A program made the position numbers and the translations under genes. From NCBI GenBank assembly GCA_029936875.1, contig JAPYRS010000004.1:1-45672 (forward strand): DNA of 45,672 nt, given 5' to 3'. Below the pieces are notes generated by a model. That model did no database searches. It saw only the letters and a program-made list of their open reading frames with translations, and was not told where the DNA came from. This DNA is from Alphaproteobacteria bacterium (GTDB taxonomy: Bacteria > Pseudomonadota > Alphaproteobacteria > SHVP01). The number at the start of each line of letters is the position of its first letter. The first letter of the stretch is position 1. This document shows positions 43,872 to 45,672 of the stretch, piece by piece.

Positions 43872-45672
43872 ATGCAACCCGACCGCACGCTTGAGCTTCA
43901 GGCTCTACTGAAGAAACGTATCCTCGTCCTCGACGGCGCCATGGCCACGATGGTCCAGGCGCACAGTTTGACCGAGGCCGACTTTCGCGGCGATCAGTTC
44001 AAGGATCATCCGAGCGATCTCAAAGGCAATAACGATTTGTTGGTGTTAACCCAGCCCGATATTATTCGCGGGATTCATAAAGCGTTTCTTGATGCCGGTG
44101 CCGATATTATTGAGACCAGCACGTTTAATTCGACCGTCATCTCGCAGGCCGACTATGCACTGGAACAATGCGTCGCCGACTTGAATCTCGAGGCGGCGCG
44201 GCTTGCCCGCGCGGCTTGCGATGAGGCGACGGCAAAGACACCTGAAAAACCGAGGTTCGTTGCCGGTGTTCTCGGGCCAACCAATCGCTCGGCCTCAATG
44301 TCCCCGGATGTGAATGATCCCGGATTTCGCAATGTTACATTCGACGAACTGGTTGCTGCGTACCTGGAAGCGGCAAGGGCGCTTGTTGAAGGCGGCGCCG
44401 ATATCATCCTGATCGAAACCGTTTTCGATACGCTGAACGCAAAAGCGGCGATTGCCGCGGTCCTCGACTTGTTCGAGGACCAGGGACGCCGTTGGCCGGT
44501 GATGATATCCGGCACAATTACCGATCGATCCGGCCGCACGCTATCGGGGCAGGTGGCACAAGCGTTCTGGCATTCGGTAAGCCACGCCGGTGCAATCAGT
44601 ATCGGCCTCAATTGCTCTTTGGGCGCGACCGATCTTCGCCAATATGTGCAGGACATCGCCTCCGTCGTGCCGCTTCCGGTCAGCGTTCATCCGAACGCCG
44701 GCCTTCCCAATGCATTCGGTGAATACGACGATACCCCCGAAGGCATGGCCGGTGAATTGGGTGAGTTCGCAACGTCGGGGTTCGTCAACATGGTCGGCGG
44801 TTGCTGCGGCACCCGGCCCGAACATATCGCCGCGATTGTCAAAGCTGTTGACGGTGTCAGCCCAAGGGTCCCGCCGACCGCAGACGGCGAATTACATCTC
44901 AGTGGTTTGGAGACGCTTGATTTCGGTTTGGTGACCGGTTTCGTCAATGTCGGCGAGCGCGCCAATGTCGCCGGCTCGGCACGGTTTGCGAAGTTGATTC
45001 GCGAAGAAAATTATGAAGCAGCCCTAAGCGTTGCCCGCAAGCAAGTTGAAAACGGCGCGCAGGTCATCGACATCAACATGGACGACGCGATGATCAACGC
45101 TGAATATGCGATGACGCGGTTTTTGAGCTTGCTCGCCGCCGAACCCGACATCAGCCGCGTGCCGGTGATGATCGATTCGTCGAAGTTCGATGTTATCGAA
45201 GCCGGATTGAAATGCGTGCAGGGCAAAGCCATCGTCAATTCGATCAGCCTCAAGGAAGGTGAAAAACAGTTTCTTGATCATGCGAAACGGGTTGCCCGGT
45301 TCGGCGCGGCTGTCGTCGTCATGGCCTTCGATCAGGACGGCCAGGCCGACGGTTACGAACGCATGATCGAAATTTGCACGCGGTCCTACAAAATTTTGAC
45401 CGAAAAAGCCGGCTTTCGGCCTGAAAACATTATTTTCGATCCAAATATTTTTCCGGTCGCGACCGGCATCGAGGAACATCGTGAATTTTCACGCGATTAC
45501 ATTCGTGCCGTCACGGAAATCAAAAAGACGCTGCCGCACGCGTTGATCTCCGGCGGCGTCAGCAACGTCTCGTTTTCATTTCGCGGCAACAATGGCCTCC
45601 GCGAAGCCATGCACGCGGTCTTTCTTTATCATGCGGTCAAGGCCGGCATGGACATGGGCATCGTTAACGCCG
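43872..45672 (+). CDS. metH: Cobalamin-dependent methionine synthase MetH (N-terminal 600 codons; 3'-truncated by the window edge)
   Basis: It is not in the ORF track because it has no stop in the window. My own translation gives [29 protein letters not shown]...GLNCSLGA...[11 protein letters not shown] (Hcy-binding domain), then ..[10 protein letters not shown]...[13 protein letters not shown] (pterin-binding domain). Confidence 0.95.
   Translation, partial: MQPDRTLELQALLKKRILVLDGAMATMVQAHSLTEADFRGDQFKDHPSDLKGNNDLLVLTQPDIIRGIHKAFLDAGADIIETSTFNSTVISQADYALEQCVADLNLEAARLARAACDEATAKTPEKPRFVAGVLGPTNRSASMSPDVNDPGFRNVTFDELVAAYLEAARALVEGGADIILIETVFDTLNAKAAIAAVLDLFEDQGRRWPVMISGTITDRSGRTLSGQVAQAFWHSVSHAGAISIGLNCSLGATDLRQYVQDIASVVPLPVSVHPNAGLPNAFGEYDDTPEGMAGELGEFATSGFVNMVGGCCGTRPEHIAAIVKAVDGVSPRVPPTADGELHLSGLETLDFGLVTGFVNVGERANVAGSARFAKLIREENYEAALSVARKQVENGAQVIDINMDDAMINAEYAMTRFLSLLAAEPDISRVPVMIDSSKFDVIEAGLKCVQGKAIVNSISLKEGEKQFLDHAKRVARFGAAVVVMAFDQDGQADGYERMIEICTRSYKILTEKAGFRPENIIFDPNIFPVATGIEEHREFSRDYIRAVTEIKKTLPHALISGGVSNVSFSFRGNNGLREAMHAVFLYHAVKAGMDMGIVNA

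Overview
This 45.7-kb chromosomal window reads like a free-living alphaproteobacterium. GC looks mid-50s % by eye (not computed) and there are about 45 genes, mostly housekeeping and accessory metabolism.

Gene content, left to right:
- The left 0.75 kb looks like the end of an integrated element. It holds the C-terminus of a P4-type primase, then a 25-nt tRNA-Arg-like 3' fragment that is a putative att site. About 1.5 kb of gene debris follows (an FGE-sulfatase N-terminal stub and an ATP-grasp C-terminal stub).
- Redox and detoxification genes: SAM methyltransferase, 1-Cys peroxiredoxin, MBL hydrolase, arylamine N-acetyltransferase, quinone oxidoreductase, pirin, and a feruloyl-CoA-synthase-like ligase.
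- A multi-PAS histidine kinase, an NhaP antiporter, an SDR and a MetE-like methyltransferase.
- A DUF2182-GNAT-thioredoxin-CcdA row.
- A TetR divergon with PNPOx and ABM proteins, then TfoX, AMP nucleosidase and DksA/TraR.
- A complete Pho block, phoR-pstSCAB-phoU-phoB, with a textbook Pho box.
- An OmpA lipoprotein, a SnoaL-like protein, a second quinone oxidoreductase, a cNMP-binding protein, azlCD, a secreted pentapeptide-repeat protein, an S8 peptidase, a methyltransferase, ettA and mlaC-mlaA.
- arsR/methyltransferase-metF-metH, running off the right edge.

I found no CRISPR array, no intact tRNA or rRNA, no transposase, and no recognisable defence or toxin system.

The most unusual signal is window-wide. 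Eight otherwise conserved genes carry about 12 discrete lesions: single-base losses mostly in homopolymer runs, four in-frame stop codons, and one probable ATG->ATA start loss. There is also a G16 tract inside a coding sequence. This is either sequencing/assembly error or genuine early gene decay, and only raw reads or close relatives can decide between them.
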